This document shows, one piece after another, positions 12,596 through 24,511 of a stretch of 64,000 bases of DNA (positions are counted from its first letter, which is position 1; the number at the start of each line of letters is the position of its first letter). Origin of the DNA: Eledone cirrhosa (lineage: Eukaryota); NCBI GenBank assembly GCA_964016885.1, contig OZ024753.1, positions 13,392,001-13,456,000 on the forward strand. Direction: 5' to 3'. Made by a program: the position numbers and the translations under genes. The notes beneath the pieces are model-generated. The model saw nothing but the letters and a program-made list of their open reading frames with translations, searched no databases and was not told the origin of the DNA.

Positions 12596-12779
12596 CTTCA
12601 ATTGAGCTTAAGACATATCCTTGTTTGTTTGGAAAACATCGAATACACCGAGTTTGAAATTTTAAACTTGATTCTCTTCTTTGTTGTACGTAGCCAATGT
12701 TTCGCAAATCCCAAACAAGAACTCTTCTTCCAGCAGTGCCAACAACCAACCTGTCACCACATACAGCTAAGGTGTACAC
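12596..12779 (-). CDS. BUB3: BUB3 coding exon 4
   Basis: VYTLAVCGDRLVVGTAGRRVLVWDLRNIGYVQQRRESSLKFQTRCIRCFPNKQGYVLSSIE(G); acceptor TTTTAG, donor G|GTCAGC. Confidence 0.97.
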
Positions 12780-12951
12780 CTAAAAATGTAACGTATATAA
12801 CATTTGTATACATTTTTAGAATCTAACCCATTTAATATCAATCCACTTGAAACTGCTGAACTTTTATGATATAAAACTACAACATTTTAAAATATTTGTA
12901 CTTCTCGATATTAAAACATTCCCTTATTTTATGTCAGAAATATTCGCCAAT

Positions 12952-13557
12952 TACCGTATTTCCCGGCCTCGAAGACGCAACTTTTTTCCTAAAATAAGTC
13001 TCAATATATGAGGTAACTAGTGTGGTAGGGTGGGTATATGCAGAATGTGTCACCAATATGCTGACTACTTTCAGAAACCTCAGATGCAACAGGATCATCA
13101 AAATTCATTACTTATTCTCACATATGGATCAGTTTCCTGAGAATCTGGGATCAATTAGCGAGGGGAGAAATTGTATGAGGACATGAAAGAGATGTAGACC
13201 AGGTATCAGGGACGATGGGATGCTGTCATAATGGCTGATTACTGTTGGACTTTGGAGACATCCCTGCCACTCAGCATTCTACGAGAAGAAACGGAAGTTC
13301 AAGCCCTGAATTCTGAACAATAATGGCCTAACATCCCCCCAAAATGACGTCTTTCGTTTATTTCTATCAAATCTAAATCTAAAGTACTGTAATTCCCAGC
13401 GTCAAAGACGCTACTTTTTTTCCTAAAATAAGTCTCAAAAATCTACCATGCATCTTGGAGGCTGAAGGTTGTTTATTATTTTATTTCAAATTTTTGGTTG
13501 TCAAAATTAGGGTGTGTCCTCGAGGACAAAGCGTCTACAGTGCAGGGAAATACAGTA
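12952..13557. mobile_element. pogo/Tigger-like MITE ends enclosing a fragment of another transposase (Chapaev3-like)
   Basis: TIRs TACCGTATTTCCCGGC...GCAGGGAAATACAGTA and a second left end at about 13384. Internal KIHYLFSHMDQFPENLGSIS...TRYQGRWDAVIMADYCWTL. Confidence 0.6.
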
Positions 13558-13851
13558 ATTAAGTAATGTTCCAAATATCTGCTTAATAATGAAACAGTTA
13601 ATTATTTTATTAAATTCCTCTAAATTTTGTATTATTTTCAAAAGTAATTGAAATACAAAGGCAGTATCTCTAATTAGCAATGAAAAGGGCTAGAGCAGAG
13701 ATTCCCATAATGGATGATATTCCTCTTCCTCAAAGGAGCTGAGAATCTCAAAAGAGCCACTAAAAGGTAAGGGGGTTGTTGAAGGGTAAGGAGTGATGAT
13801 ACCACATTAGCAAGACATTCCTGACACGTACAAAAATAGCACTGTGAGTGT

Positions 13852-13852
<1 letters not shown>

Positions 13853-13887
<35 letters not shown>

Positions 13888-14057
13888 GTTTAACGTCTTT
13901 CTTCCACGCTAGCATGGGTTAGACTTGATGCGGAATTGGTCGGGAGACCGTGTCTCACTCGTACAGAATGCCTCTGGCAGGTTTTCTATGGCTGGACGCC
14001 CTTCCTAACACCAACCACATTTACAGTGTGGACTGGGAGCCTTTTTATTGTGTCACA
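13853..14057 (-). mobile_element. SINE/RTE 3' tail fragment with (CAT)n
   Basis: (CAT)n followed by CGTTTAACGTC...GCTAGCATGGGTTAGAC, shared with other copies. Confidence 0.7.
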
Positions 14058-14212
14058 TTAAAAATTAAAGTCATTAATCTAACACAGTAAATGTTCACAA
14101 TGATCTGTCCACTAGTAAAGATACTATAAACATTTGAATTAACAAACCTGTTTTAGATATTTTCTACTAAATCACTACAGGACACCTTTATCAAAACATT
14201 AACTCTTAATGT

Positions 14213-14850
14213 CTTGTACCACATGTCTGTGTTTAGGTCCTGTACCACATGTCTGTGTTTAGGTCCTGTACCACATGCCTGTTTAGGTCCTGTACCACAT
14301 GTCTGTGTTTGTGTTTAGGTCCTGTAGCACATGTTTGTGTTTAGGTCCTGTAGCACATGTTTGTGTTTAGGTCCTGTAGCACATGTCTGTGTTTAGGTCC
14401 TGTAACACATGTTTGTGTTTAGGTCCTGTACCACATGTCTGTGTTTAGGTCCTGTAGCACATGTTTGTGTTTAGGTCCTGTAGCACATGTTTGTGTTTAG
14501 GTCCTGTACCACATGTCTGTGTTTAGGTCCTGTAGCACATGTTTATGTTTAGGTCCTGTACCGCATGTTTGTGTTTAGGTCCTGTACCACATGTCTGTGT
14601 TTAGGCCATGTGCCACATGTTTGTGTTTAGGTCCTGTACCACATGTTTGTGTTTAGATCCTGTAGCACATGTCTGTGTTTAGGTCCTGTATCACGTTTGT
14701 GTTTAGGTCCTGTACCACATGTTTGTGTTTAGGTCCTGTAGCACATGTATGTGTTTAGGTCTTGTACCACATGTTTGTGTTTAGGTCTTGTAGCACATGT
14801 CTGTGTTTAGGTCCTGTACCACATGCCTGTGGTTGTGTTTAGATCCTGTA
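14213..14850. repeat. 26-bp minisatellite (~24 copies)
   Basis: GTTTAGGTCCTGTA(C/G)CACATGT(C/T)TGT in tandem. Confidence 0.95.
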
Positions 14851-15038
14851 ACTTAGCAGTTCGACAAGAAAGAGATTGATAAAATAAGTACCAGGGTGAA
14901 CATGATAAACTAAATCAAGATGGCGCAGCAGTTTAAAAACTAAAACAAATGAAAGAGTTAAAAAAAAAACATTAACAATACATGGACCTTCAATTTTGGC
15001 AGTAACCAAAGTACAAGATTCTAAAATAATCAACTTAC

Positions 15039-15190
15039 TTTATCTGGTTGGGCAAGTCCCCCAGAACTTCCTGGAGATCGAGGATCCCAGAGTTTGACGC
15101 TGTGATCCCAACTTCCAGTTACAATAACATTCACACTGGAACAATACTCTACGCAACGTATCGGAGCATCATGTTTACCAACAATAGTCT
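15039..15190 (-). CDS. BUB3: BUB3 coding exon 3
   Basis: (E)TIVGKHDAPIRCVEYCSSVNVIVTGSWDHSVKLWDPRSPGSSGGLAQPDK; acceptor TTCCAG, donor GTAAGT; 152 nt. Confidence 0.97.
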
Positions 15191-15299
15191 CTGGAATAAA
15201 GCAAAGTATAAATATCATTACCATCATCATCGTTTATGTGTAAAAGTAAAATCAATTCATCAAACAAGGAACACAGCATACAAATAAAAACCACTTTTT

Positions 15300-15640
15300 A
15301 TTTAGACTGAAGAAGTGCCAGAAGATGATAGCGGGAAGAAGGTGTAGTAGAGAAAGACTACCCTTTCCAGAACAGCCTCACTCCCCTGTGAAGTTCAGCA
15401 TTTTGAGATCAGTTCTAACCACCTCTACTCAGGTTTTCTTGATCTTCCTTTAACTCAGCTTCCTTCCAGTTGCCTCACTCTGGCACTTCTTCATCCCAGC
15501 GTTTATTGTCCATATGCATCAAGTCCATACCAGTGCAGTCTTCTCTCCTCTTCTGCATACTGCATCTAATTCCGCTTATACCCAGCTTTTCATTCTCGCT
15601 CTGTCGTTCATGCACACTAATATGAGCAGATATATACAGC
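15300..15640 (-). mobile_element. RTE LINE fragment
   Basis: ISVHERQSENEKLGISGIRCSMQKRR resembles the RTE C-terminal region at 49600-49760. Confidence 0.6.
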
Positions 15641-15764
15641 AGTAGGCGGTGAATTGGCAGAATCATTAGAACGTCAGATAGAATGTTCAAGGGAATGCTT
15701 TGCAGCATGTGTTCCGACTCTGTACTAAGACTTTGACGCTAAACACCGCCAGTTGCAGACTAAG

Positions 15765-16845
15765 CATCAACATACATTAATGACATAGATGCCAACTTAA
15801 AGAATGCCACAGTACTGAAATATGCAGATGACATCAAGCTGTACCTTGAAATCAAAAGGACAGATCCTGAAATCTATAACTCTTTCCTACAATCAGACCT
15901 GGACACATTGCAGTAATGGATCACAGACTGGCAACTGAAGCTGGCTGTGGACAAGTGTACTACCATGTATTTTGGGAGGAAAAATCCAGCGTCCACATAC
16001 TCCCTCCACAACACTGATATCAAGAAGTCCTCTTGTGAACGTGACCTGGGCATTAATGTCAGCAGCGATTTGCGTAGGACAAAGCACATCTCTAAAATTG
16101 TCAAGAAGGCCGAGGGTATCTTGGCATCACTCAGCAAGACCTTTGTTAGCCGCTCTCCAGCCATCTATTTAAAGCTGTATACAGCTATGGTACGGCCACA
16201 CTTGGAATTCACATCATCAGTCTGGAACCCCTATCTTGCTCAGAACATTAACCTCCTGGAAACTGTTCACAGACGTGCAACCAAGCGCATACCCTCCATC
16301 AGACACCTACCATACTCTGAACGCCTTGCTTCCCTGGACATGGATTCATTGAAGCTCCGAGGTCTGGCAATGGACTTGGTAAACACCCACAAAGTTATTA
16401 ACCATCTCGCCAACAACAACCCTGAGCACCTTTTTGATCTCCATGTGTCTAACACACGTGGACATGCCTACAAAGTCAGAAAACAGCACAGCTCCTATGA
16501 CTTTTGGAAACATTTTTTCACGCTTAGAGTTGCTGAAGCATGGAACAAACTGCCTGCATCAGTTGTTAGCTGTCGAGACACTGCTTCCTTTAAAACTTCC
16601 ATGGAACAAACTGTCTGCATCAGTTGTTAGCTGCCGAGACACTGCATCCTTTAAAACCTTCATGCTTCCCGAAATTCGCCAAAACTACACCTGATGTCTC
16701 CCTACCATACACATGCACACACGTGTATATCATGACTCATGCACTGTTCATTTTCCTGACGTTTGTACATTACCCTATGTACTATACATACACTTTTGAT
16801 GAGTTGTAGTGCACCTGAGCACTGTACACAATATTTTCATTATTA
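15765..16845 (+). mobile_element. 5'-truncated CR1/L2-type LINE (RT C-terminus, disabled)
   Basis: YINDID...LKYADDIKLY RT motif, internal stop, ERDLGINVS...LYTAMVRPHLEF...VWNPYL...RRATK, NTRGH, FFTLRVAEAWNKLP. Confidence 0.9.
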
Positions 16846-16849
16846 TTTT

Positions 16850-17515
16850 TATGAGATATTTTTGTCCACAAAGTTGGATCACCAACAGCAGAGTTTAAGG
16901 AGCAAAGATCAAGTCCAGTCCATAAGTTGACATTATCAAGCCATCGTTTTGGCTGCTGACCTCTGCTTCTCTTACCAGCCAACCTTCCTTCCAGGCATAA
17001 CCTACTCACACCACGAGTTGATCTTTTATATGACTGTATAATTTGAGTACTCTTGACTTGACAATTGATGTAATTGGTCTAAGTCTGGTAATGTTGAGCA
17101 GCTCACTGATGCAGATACGGTCGCTGAGCCACTTGCCAGTCATAAGTCCCATGATGTGGTTCTGGAATGTAGAGAGCTTCTGAAGTGACCTTCTCGTCCA
17201 ATTAACACAGTCAAGACCATATAACACAACTGGTAGGATGTAAGTATCGAGGATCTTAGCCTTTAAATGATAGGAAACTCATTTTGATGTTAGTACTTCC
17301 TTGTTCTTGTTGAAAGCTGCCCAACCTAGAGTGATGCGATACTGCGCAGCAACCATTCCATTGTGGTTTGATGATAGTTTGTGACCGAGATATACAAACT
17401 CCGTAACTTGAGCAATTTGCTGGTTGTAGATTGTGAGTTGGAGATTGACATTGTTTTTATCAGTTGTCATACACTTTGTTTTGGAGATGTTGATGTGTAA
17501 GCCAGCCTCCAGAGA
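16850..17515 (-). mobile_element. RTE-type LINE fragment
   Basis: QVTEFVYLGHKL...RITLGWAAF; LYGLDCVNWT; LEGRLAGKRSRGQQPKRWLDNV; frame-disrupted. Confidence 0.85.
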
Positions 17516-17934
17516 ATGTTTGGCCAGTACATTCAGACTCTCTGCTCTCTGAGTTCAAATCCCACTAAGGTCAACTTTGCCTTTCGTCCTTTTGAGGTCA
17601 ATAAAAAAAAAAGTACCAGTCTAGTACTGAAGGTCAATTTTTGCTCTATATATCTTTCCCACTTTCTATCCTTCTATGGAAGAAATCTGCTGTGTTCAGA
17701 CCTGGAGAGGAGATGGGCTCCACCAGGTTTAAAACAATGCCCCAGAAACACCATATGTCAATATGGCGCTCCTATGACTCCTTCAGGAGTTACAGGATCA
17801 TACTATACCATATATAGCAGTAAGTAGTAGGACAAGACAAGCATTATAAATAGAGCTAAAATAAAAAATAAATCAAATATGAAATAGTGAAGATACATTA
17901 AGTGTAATAATATAATAAATATTATTGACAGTCA

Positions 17935-18621
17935 AGATGTTACTGTATATACTGGAATATAAGACAAGGTAGATGTGACCCAGTGTATATACTGGAATAT
18001 AAGACAAGGTAGATGTGACCCAGTGTATATACTGGAATATAAGACAAGGTAGATGTGACCCAGTGTATATACTGGAATATAAGACAAGGTAGATGTGACC
18101 CAGTGTATATACTGGAATATAAGACAAGGTAGATGTGACCCAGTGTATATACTGGAATATAAGACAAGGTAGATGTGACCCAGTGTATATACTGGAATAT
18201 AAGACAAGGAATATGTGACCCAATATATATATACTGGAATATAAGTCAAGGTAGATGTGACCCAGTGTATATACTGGAATATAAGTCAAGGTAAATGTGA
18301 CCCAGTGTATATACTGGAATATAAGACAAGGAATATGTGACCCAATATATATACTGGAATATAAGTCAAGGTAGATGTGACACAGTGTATATACTGGAAT
18401 ATAAGACATGGAATATGTGACCCAGTGTATATACTGGAATATAAGACAAGGAATATGTGACCCAATGTATATACTGGAATATAAGTCAAGGTAGATGTGA
18501 CACAGTGTATATACTGGAATATAAGACATGGAATATGTGACCCAGTGTATATACTGGAATATAAGACAAGGAATATGTGACCCAATGTATATACTAGAAT
18601 ATAAGACAAGGATTATGTGAC
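17935..18621. repeat. 40-bp minisatellite (~17 copies)
   Basis: AGATGTGACCCAGTGTATATACTGGAATATAAGACAAGGT in tandem; each unit has a small palindrome CCAGTGTATATACTGG. Confidence 0.96.
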
Positions 18622-18806
18622 AAAAAAAATGGTAAAATGGGAGGTTGGTTTATGTACACCATCTAAACAATGTGTTGATTAGCTGCCTTAGTTTATAAAC
18701 AGGGTTTAGATTTTTGTCTATTTCTCAGACATAAAATGGGGAGTGGAGACTTATATTCAAGTATATACGGTAAGTCTTGCCATATTCAACAAAAATTATT
18801 ACCCAC

Positions 18807-18876
18807 CTGCATTAGCATTGAAGTCAAAGGACTTCAAAGTATCATCAATGCCACCACTGTAAACATGTGCTGAGTC
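18807..18876 (-). CDS. BUB3: BUB3 coding exon 2 (70 nt; absent from the ORF track)
   Basis: CCTAG|DSAHVYSGGIDDTLKSFDFNANA(E)|GTGGGT; bridges exons 1 and 3 in frame. Confidence 0.93.
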
Positions 18877-19004
18877 CTAGGAGGGAAAAGAAACTTGACA
18901 TTAGAATCAAACCAACTGCATCTGTTGCTTTCATAAAAAATATTTATTTCTAGAGAAGATAGCATTAACTGTTAGATACCTAAACAGGTTTAGAGATTTC
19001 ACAA

Positions 19005-20915
19005 TGCCCCCACGCCCCTACCACTGTAAAGTGGTCGTGTAAGTCGTCATGATAAAAAGCACCTAGTCCCCTCCCACTGTAAAGTGGTCATGTAGGTGTC
19101 ATGACAAAAAGCACCTAGTCCCCTCCCACTGTAAAGTGGTCATGTAGGTGTCATGATAAAAAGCACCTAGTCCCCTCCCACTGTAAAGTGGTCATGTAGG
19201 TGTCATGATAAAAAGCACCTAGTCCCCTCCCACTGTAAAGTGGTCATGTAGGTGTCATGATAAAAAGCACCTAGTCCCCTCCCACTGTAAAGTGGTCATG
19301 TAGGTGTCACAACAAAAAGCACCCAGTCCACATTGTAAAGTGGTCATGTAGGTGTCATGACAAAAGCACCTAGTACTCACTGGTCATGACAAAAGCACCC
19401 AGTACTCACTGGTCATGACAAAAAGCAGCCAGTACTCACTGTAAAGTGCTCGTGTAGGTGTCACAACGAAAAGCACCCAGTCCACACTGTAAAGTAGCCA
19501 TGTGTAGGTGTCATGACAAAAAGCACCAAGTCCACACTGTAAAGTGGTCGTGTAGGTGTCATGACAAAAAGTACCCAGCCCACACTGTAAAGTGGTCATC
19601 TACGTGTCATGACAAAAAGCACTCAGTCCACACTGTAAAATGGTCATGTAGGTGTCATGACAAAAAGCACCCAGTCCACACTGTAAAGTGGTCATGTAGG
19701 TGTCATGACAAAAGCATCCAGTCCTCACTGTAAAGTGGTCATGTAGGTGTCATGACAAAAAGCACCTAGTCCACACTGTAAAGTGGTCATGTAGGTGTCA
19801 TGACAAAAAGCACCCAGTCCACACTGTAAAGTGGTCATGTAGGTGTCATGACAAAAGCATCCAGTACTCACTGTAAAGTGGTCATGTAGGTGTCATGACA
19901 AAAAGCACCTAGTCCACGCTGTAAAGTGGTCATGTAGGTGTCATGACAAAAGCATCCAGTCCTCACTGTAAAGTGGTCATGTAGGTGTCATGACAAAAAG
20001 CACCTAGTCCACACTGTAAAGTGGTCATGTAGGTGTCATGACAAAAAGCACCTAGTCCACGCTGTAAAGTGGTCATGTAGGTGTCATGACAAAAAGCACC
20101 TAGTCCACGCTGTAGAGTGGTCATGTAGGTGTCATGACAAAAAGCACCTAGTCCACGCTGTAAAATGGTCATGTAGGTGTCATGACAAAAAGCACCCAGT
20201 CCACACTGTAAAGTGGTCATGTAGGTGTCATGACAAAAGCATCCAGTACTCACTGTAAAGTGGTCATGTAGGTGTCATGACAAAAAGCACCTAGTCCACG
20301 CTGTAAAGTGGTCATGTAGGTGTCATGACAAAAAGCACCTAGTCCACACTGTAAAATGGTCGTGTAGGTGTCATGACAAAAGCAGCCAGTACTCACTGTA
20401 AAGTGGTCATGTAGGTGTCATGACAAAAAGCACCTAGTCCACGCTGTAAAATGGTCATGTAGGTGTCATGACAAAAGCATCCAGTACTCACTGTAAAGTG
20501 GTCATGTAGGTGTCATGACAAAAAGCACCCAGTCCACACTGTAAAGTGGTCATGTAGGTGTCATGACAAAAGCATCCAGTACTCACTGTAAAGTGGTCAT
20601 GTAGGTGTCATGACAAAAAGCACCTAGTCCACACTGTAAAGTGGTCATGTAGGTGTCATGACAAAAGCATCCAGTCCTCACTGTAAAGTGGTCATGTAGG
20701 TGTCATGACAAAAAGCACCTAGTCCACACTGTAAAGTTGTTCTGTAGGTGCCACTGTAAAAAGGCACCCAGTACTCACTGAAAATGAGGTTGCTGTAGAA
20801 ATCAAGCCAAAATCAGTTCCATATGAGCAAGGCATGGTCACAACAGGACAACCTGTCTAACCCATGCTAACATGGAAGAATGGACGTAAAACGGTGATGA
20901 AGATGATGATGATGA
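19005..20915 (+). repeat. SINE-A body with its internal ~48-bp unit amplified about 36 times
   Basis: CACTGTAAAGTGGTCATGTAGGTGTCATGACAAAAAGCACCTAGTCCA in tandem, running into the SINE 3' part and (ATG)n tail at 20760-20915. Confidence 0.9.
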
Positions 20916-21030
20916 TATGTAAATATGTATAAATAAGACCATCATTGCTCCAGTCTGTCCACAAACACTCAGCCAACCCTAACCCAAACCGAACACCAAC
21001 ATGTACTCATCACTCCTGCCAAACCATATA

Positions 21031-21318
21031 TCATCATCATCATCATCATTTTACGTCCGCCTTTCCCTGCTTGCAAGGGTGGGACAGGAACTGATTCTGG
21101 CTTGATTTCTACAGCTGGATGCCCTTCCTAACACCAACCTCATTTACAGTGAGTGCTGGGTGCTTTTTTTGCCATGGCACCTCCACGACCACTTTGCAGT
21201 GGAATGATAGGGACCCCAGTCCCTATCATCTCATTTCTACAGCTGAGTAAACTGGAGCAATGTGAAATAAAGTGTCTTGCTCAAGGAAACAACACATCAC
21301 TCGGTCTGAGAATTGAAT
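21031..21318 (-). mobile_element. SINE family A (5'-truncated)
   Basis: Reverse complement of about 6325-6660. Confidence 0.85.
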
Positions 21319-21760
21319 GGTATAATGGTACAAATGTATTATTAGGCCATATATAATGGGAACAATTGCCCCATGCCCCCTGTAGTGAGGGCCCCACCAG
21401 TGACAACCATAGCAATTTATTTGTGCCCTCAGCTGAGCTTTTTAGTTTTAAGATGGTTAGAATTTTTTTATTTGATACCTGTATATATAACTTTTCAATT
21501 CCAATTACTTGCACCAAGCTTACTTTGATATGTAAAATTAGGGGGTTTGTTGTGTATTCTAATTTTTTGTGTATGAGGAGCCCCTCCAAACTTGAAATGC
21601 CTGGGCCCACCGAGGTCTAAATCCAACCCTTATTAGTATTAACCCTTTTGATACCAACCTGGCCAAAACTGACTTTAGCCATATGAAACAATTCCACACA
21701 TTTTAAAGAGGTTTTGTTTTATTAAAATCTCCCAACCTAATTTTATATAAATATCTTTTG

Positions 21761-21975
21761 TTAACCCTTTAATGTTCAAACTGGCCAAAACCGGCCAGAA
21801 TTCTCTACCTTTTTCTGTTGAAACTGGCTGTAACTGGTCACTCAAACTGATGTTACGGTATTTTTCTCAAAATAAATACTTTCAAAATCTCATAGATTCG
21901 ATATTATGTGAGGTAAAGCCTTTACCATGAAAATATAATAGTAAATATAGAGTAATGTGAATACTAAAGGATTAA
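21761..21975. mobile_element. piggyBac-like MITE, short form
   Basis: TTAACCCTTTAATGTT...ATACTAAAGGATTAA; homologous to 2360-2859. Confidence 0.7.
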
Positions 21976-22146
21976 AGTTATGCTATGAATACTATTTTGA
22001 TAATGAAATAATTAATAATTTTAGAATGGAGTTCCACTGAAGCAGCTGGAGAAGTTCAAGTATCTCAGGGCCCTTGTTCACAAATGATGGAAGGTAAGCT
22101 GAATTAAGTGCAAGAATTGCAGGAGCTAGTGCAGTAATGCAGAATC

Positions 22147-22484
22147 TTCAGACCGGGTGATGTGTTGTTTCCTTGAGAAGACACTTTATTTCACATTGCT
22201 CCAGTTTACTCAGCTGTAGAAATGAGGATGATAGGACTGGGGTCCATATCATTCCACTGCAAAGTGGTCGTGGAGGTGCCACGGCAAAAAAAGCACCCAG
22301 TCCACACTGTAAAGTGGACGTGTAGGTGCCACGGAAAAAAAAAAAAGCATCCAGCACTCACAGTAAATGAGGTTGGTGTTAGGAAGGGCATCCAGCTGTA
22401 GAAATCAAGCCAGAATCAGTTCCCATCCCACCCTTGCAAGCAGGGAAAAGCGGACGTAAAATGATGATGATGATGATGATGATG
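22147..22484 (+). mobile_element. SINE family A (5'-truncated)
   Basis: Matches 6330-6660; (ATG)n tail. Confidence 0.85.
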
Positions 22485-22555
22485 AACCCAGAGACAATTT
22501 CAGGCAGTTTTGGTATCAAAATAAATTTAAACAGTGATTTTAATATTTGACTCAC

Positions 22556-22753
22556 ATGGAAGCAACAATCCAAAACAGCACAACTATGATTATACATCAT
22601 TCTCATGTTGTTAGTCACAACATCGTAAAGACGTACACTGGTATCCCACGATGACACAAGTAAAAACTGATTAGAATTTGGGCCAAATTTTACAGCTGAA
22701 ATACCATCAGTAGGTGGATTCTTCAACTTAAACTCAATGGCTGGTTCTGCCAT
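22556..22753 (-). CDS. BUB3: BUB3 coding exon 1 (mitotic checkpoint WD40 protein; six exons total 984 nt, 327 aa)
   Basis: [45 protein letters not shown]...AVLDCCFH|GTGAGT; acceptor CTAG at 22763, 9 nt before the ATG. Confidence 0.97.
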
Positions 22754-22859
22754 AATGGATATCTAGATGTCAGAAAAGACAAAGTGAACAAAAATATATC
22801 TTTAGTAATAATATTCAATGATATTAAATAAATGGAAACTATATTTATAAAACCATATT

Positions 22860-22920
22860 TATTCTATTATATATATTTCAAGGGTACCAAAACTTTGGTA
22901 CGCTTTCATCAGATAAAATA
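22860..22920 (-). ncRNA. Type I minimal hammerhead ribozyme fold
   Basis: Minus strand: TATTTTAT-CTGATGA-AAGCGTACCAAA GT TTTGGTACCCTT-GAAA-TATATATA^ATAGAATA. Stems I and II pair; stem III is palindromic. Confidence 0.7.
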
Positions 22921-23114
22921 CAAAGTGTGTTTTATAAATTTTGACATAACCAAGGAAAATACCTTAACGGTTCAAGTTTTCCTTGGATAATGAAGGGATA
23001 GTAATAATATATATGCAAGCATGGAAAAATAGACGTTAAACAATGATGATGATCTATCATTAAATCTAATTCTAAAGTCTGTCTTAAGCTAAAAGGCTCG
23101 TTAGGCTGGTACAT

Positions 23115-23360
23115 ATCCCGGTTTCATGGCGTGAAGCGACTGAGAGTACAAGACTCCCCCCTGGACAGGACAACAGTCCATCGCAGGGTTAAACCTCCAG
23201 CTATTGCTGGTACTTATCCCGGTTTCATGGTGTGAAGCGACTGAGAGTATGAGACTCCCCCCCCCCCCTGGACAAGACACCAGTCCATCGCAGGGTTAAA
23301 CCTCCAGCTATTGCTGGTACTTATCCCGGTTTCATGGAGTGAAGCGACTGAGAGTACGAG
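23115..23360 (-). mobile_element. Short tandem (about 2.5x) of the SINE segment that forms the 125-bp satellite
   Basis: ATCCCGGTTTCATGGCGTGAAGCGACTGAGAGTAC...CCCCCTGGACAGGAC..CAGTCCATCGCAGGGTTAAA. Confidence 0.8.
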
Positions 23361-23509
23361 TTTTGATCTGTTTGTAATATAGCTAAACATTAACTCAGGT
23401 ATTATTTATCTAATAATTATTATTTTCCAACCTGTGATGTTTGAGACGTTTGGTGGAGTTGGACCGCTGACAGCAAAGTTCTTGTCATCGCTGGCAGTTC
23501 TCCTTACTG

Positions 23510-23684
23510 CAGACCTGTCAACTCTCCCCATCTGATGGGGAGATCTCCCACCCACTTTGAGGTGGCTGAAAGATGTCTTCTCTTGTGAAAATGGGTATAG
23601 CTTTCATTATGTAAAATCTCCCCATTTTGGGGACCTTTTTTTCATGGTACACTCCATTTGGGATTTTAGAGGTTGGCAGATCTG
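23510..23684. mobile_element. ~175-bp MITE
   Basis: TIRs CAGACCTGTCAACTCT / AGAGGTTGGCAGATCTG; flanking TACTG duplicated. Confidence 0.6.
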
Positions 23685-23685
23685 A

Positions 23686-24265
23686 TACTGAGGTGTCAGG
23701 TAATGCCCATGATGGTGCTTGGTTGTTTCAGCACCTTAGCCACGCCATCACCTGGCCTTACTGAGGTGTCAGGTAATGCCCATGAGAGTGCTTGGTTGTT
23801 TCAGCACCTTAGCCACGCCATCACCTGGCCTTACTGAGGTGTCAGGTAATGCCCATGATGGTGCTTGGTTGTTTCAGCACCTTAGCCTCGCCATCACCTG
23901 GCCTTACTGAATGTGTCAGGTAATGCCAATCAGGGTGCTTGGTTGTTTCAGCACCTTAGCCACGCCATCACCTGGCCTTACTGAGGTGTCAGATAATGCC
24001 CATGAGGGTGCTTGGTTGTTTCAGCACCTTAGCCACGCCATCATCTGGCCTTACTGAATGTGTCAGGTAATGCCCATGAGAGTGCTTGGTTGTTTCAGCA
24101 CCTTAGCCACGCCATCACCTGGCCTTACTGAGGTGTCAGGTAATGCCCATGAGGGTGCTTGGTTGTTTCAGCACCTTAGCCACGCCATCACCTGGCCTTA
24201 CTGAGGTGTCAGGTAATGCCCATGAGGGTGCTTGGTTGTTTCAGCACCTTAGCCTCGCCATCACC
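23686..24265. repeat. 73-bp minisatellite (~8 copies)
   Basis: CTGAGGTGTCAGGTAATGCCCATGAGGGTGCTTGGTTGTTTCAGCACCTTAGCCACGCCATCACCTGGCCTTA. Confidence 0.93.
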
Positions 24266-24511
24266 CTTGGTAATGCTGCGAGCGTATTGGCTTGCCTCAA
24301 AATATTCCATTGCCCCTTATGCTGTGATGTGTGGCCGTTCGTCGCACTTGGTGGTGAATTGATGATGGTTTGGGTTTTGTTTTTGCTTTCCCTTTTTTTT
24401 TTCTTTCTCTCGCTCTGGCCATATATTTTGGTGTTGTTTTGGTGATGTTCCGAACAATAGCTTAATTGTTTTTATTAAATATGTTTATATTTGTGTTTAT
24501 CAACGACATTA

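Larger units (their letters stand above)
23420..24300 (+). mobile_element. C-terminal fragment of a REL-endonuclease (CRE-like) non-LTR retrotransposon, interrupted by a MITE and a 73-bp expansion
   Basis: FQPVMFETFGGVGPLTAKFLSSLA...VSGNAHEGAWLFQHLSLAITLGNAASVLA fits FxPxxxETxG...QxLSxAIxxGNAASV. Confidence 0.6.

Noticed and set aside
15947-16630. 227-aa ORF as a host gene
   Set aside because: Truncated LINE reverse transcriptase with an upstream stop.
17873-18609. 218-aa and overlapping ORFs
   Set aside because: 40-bp minisatellite translation.
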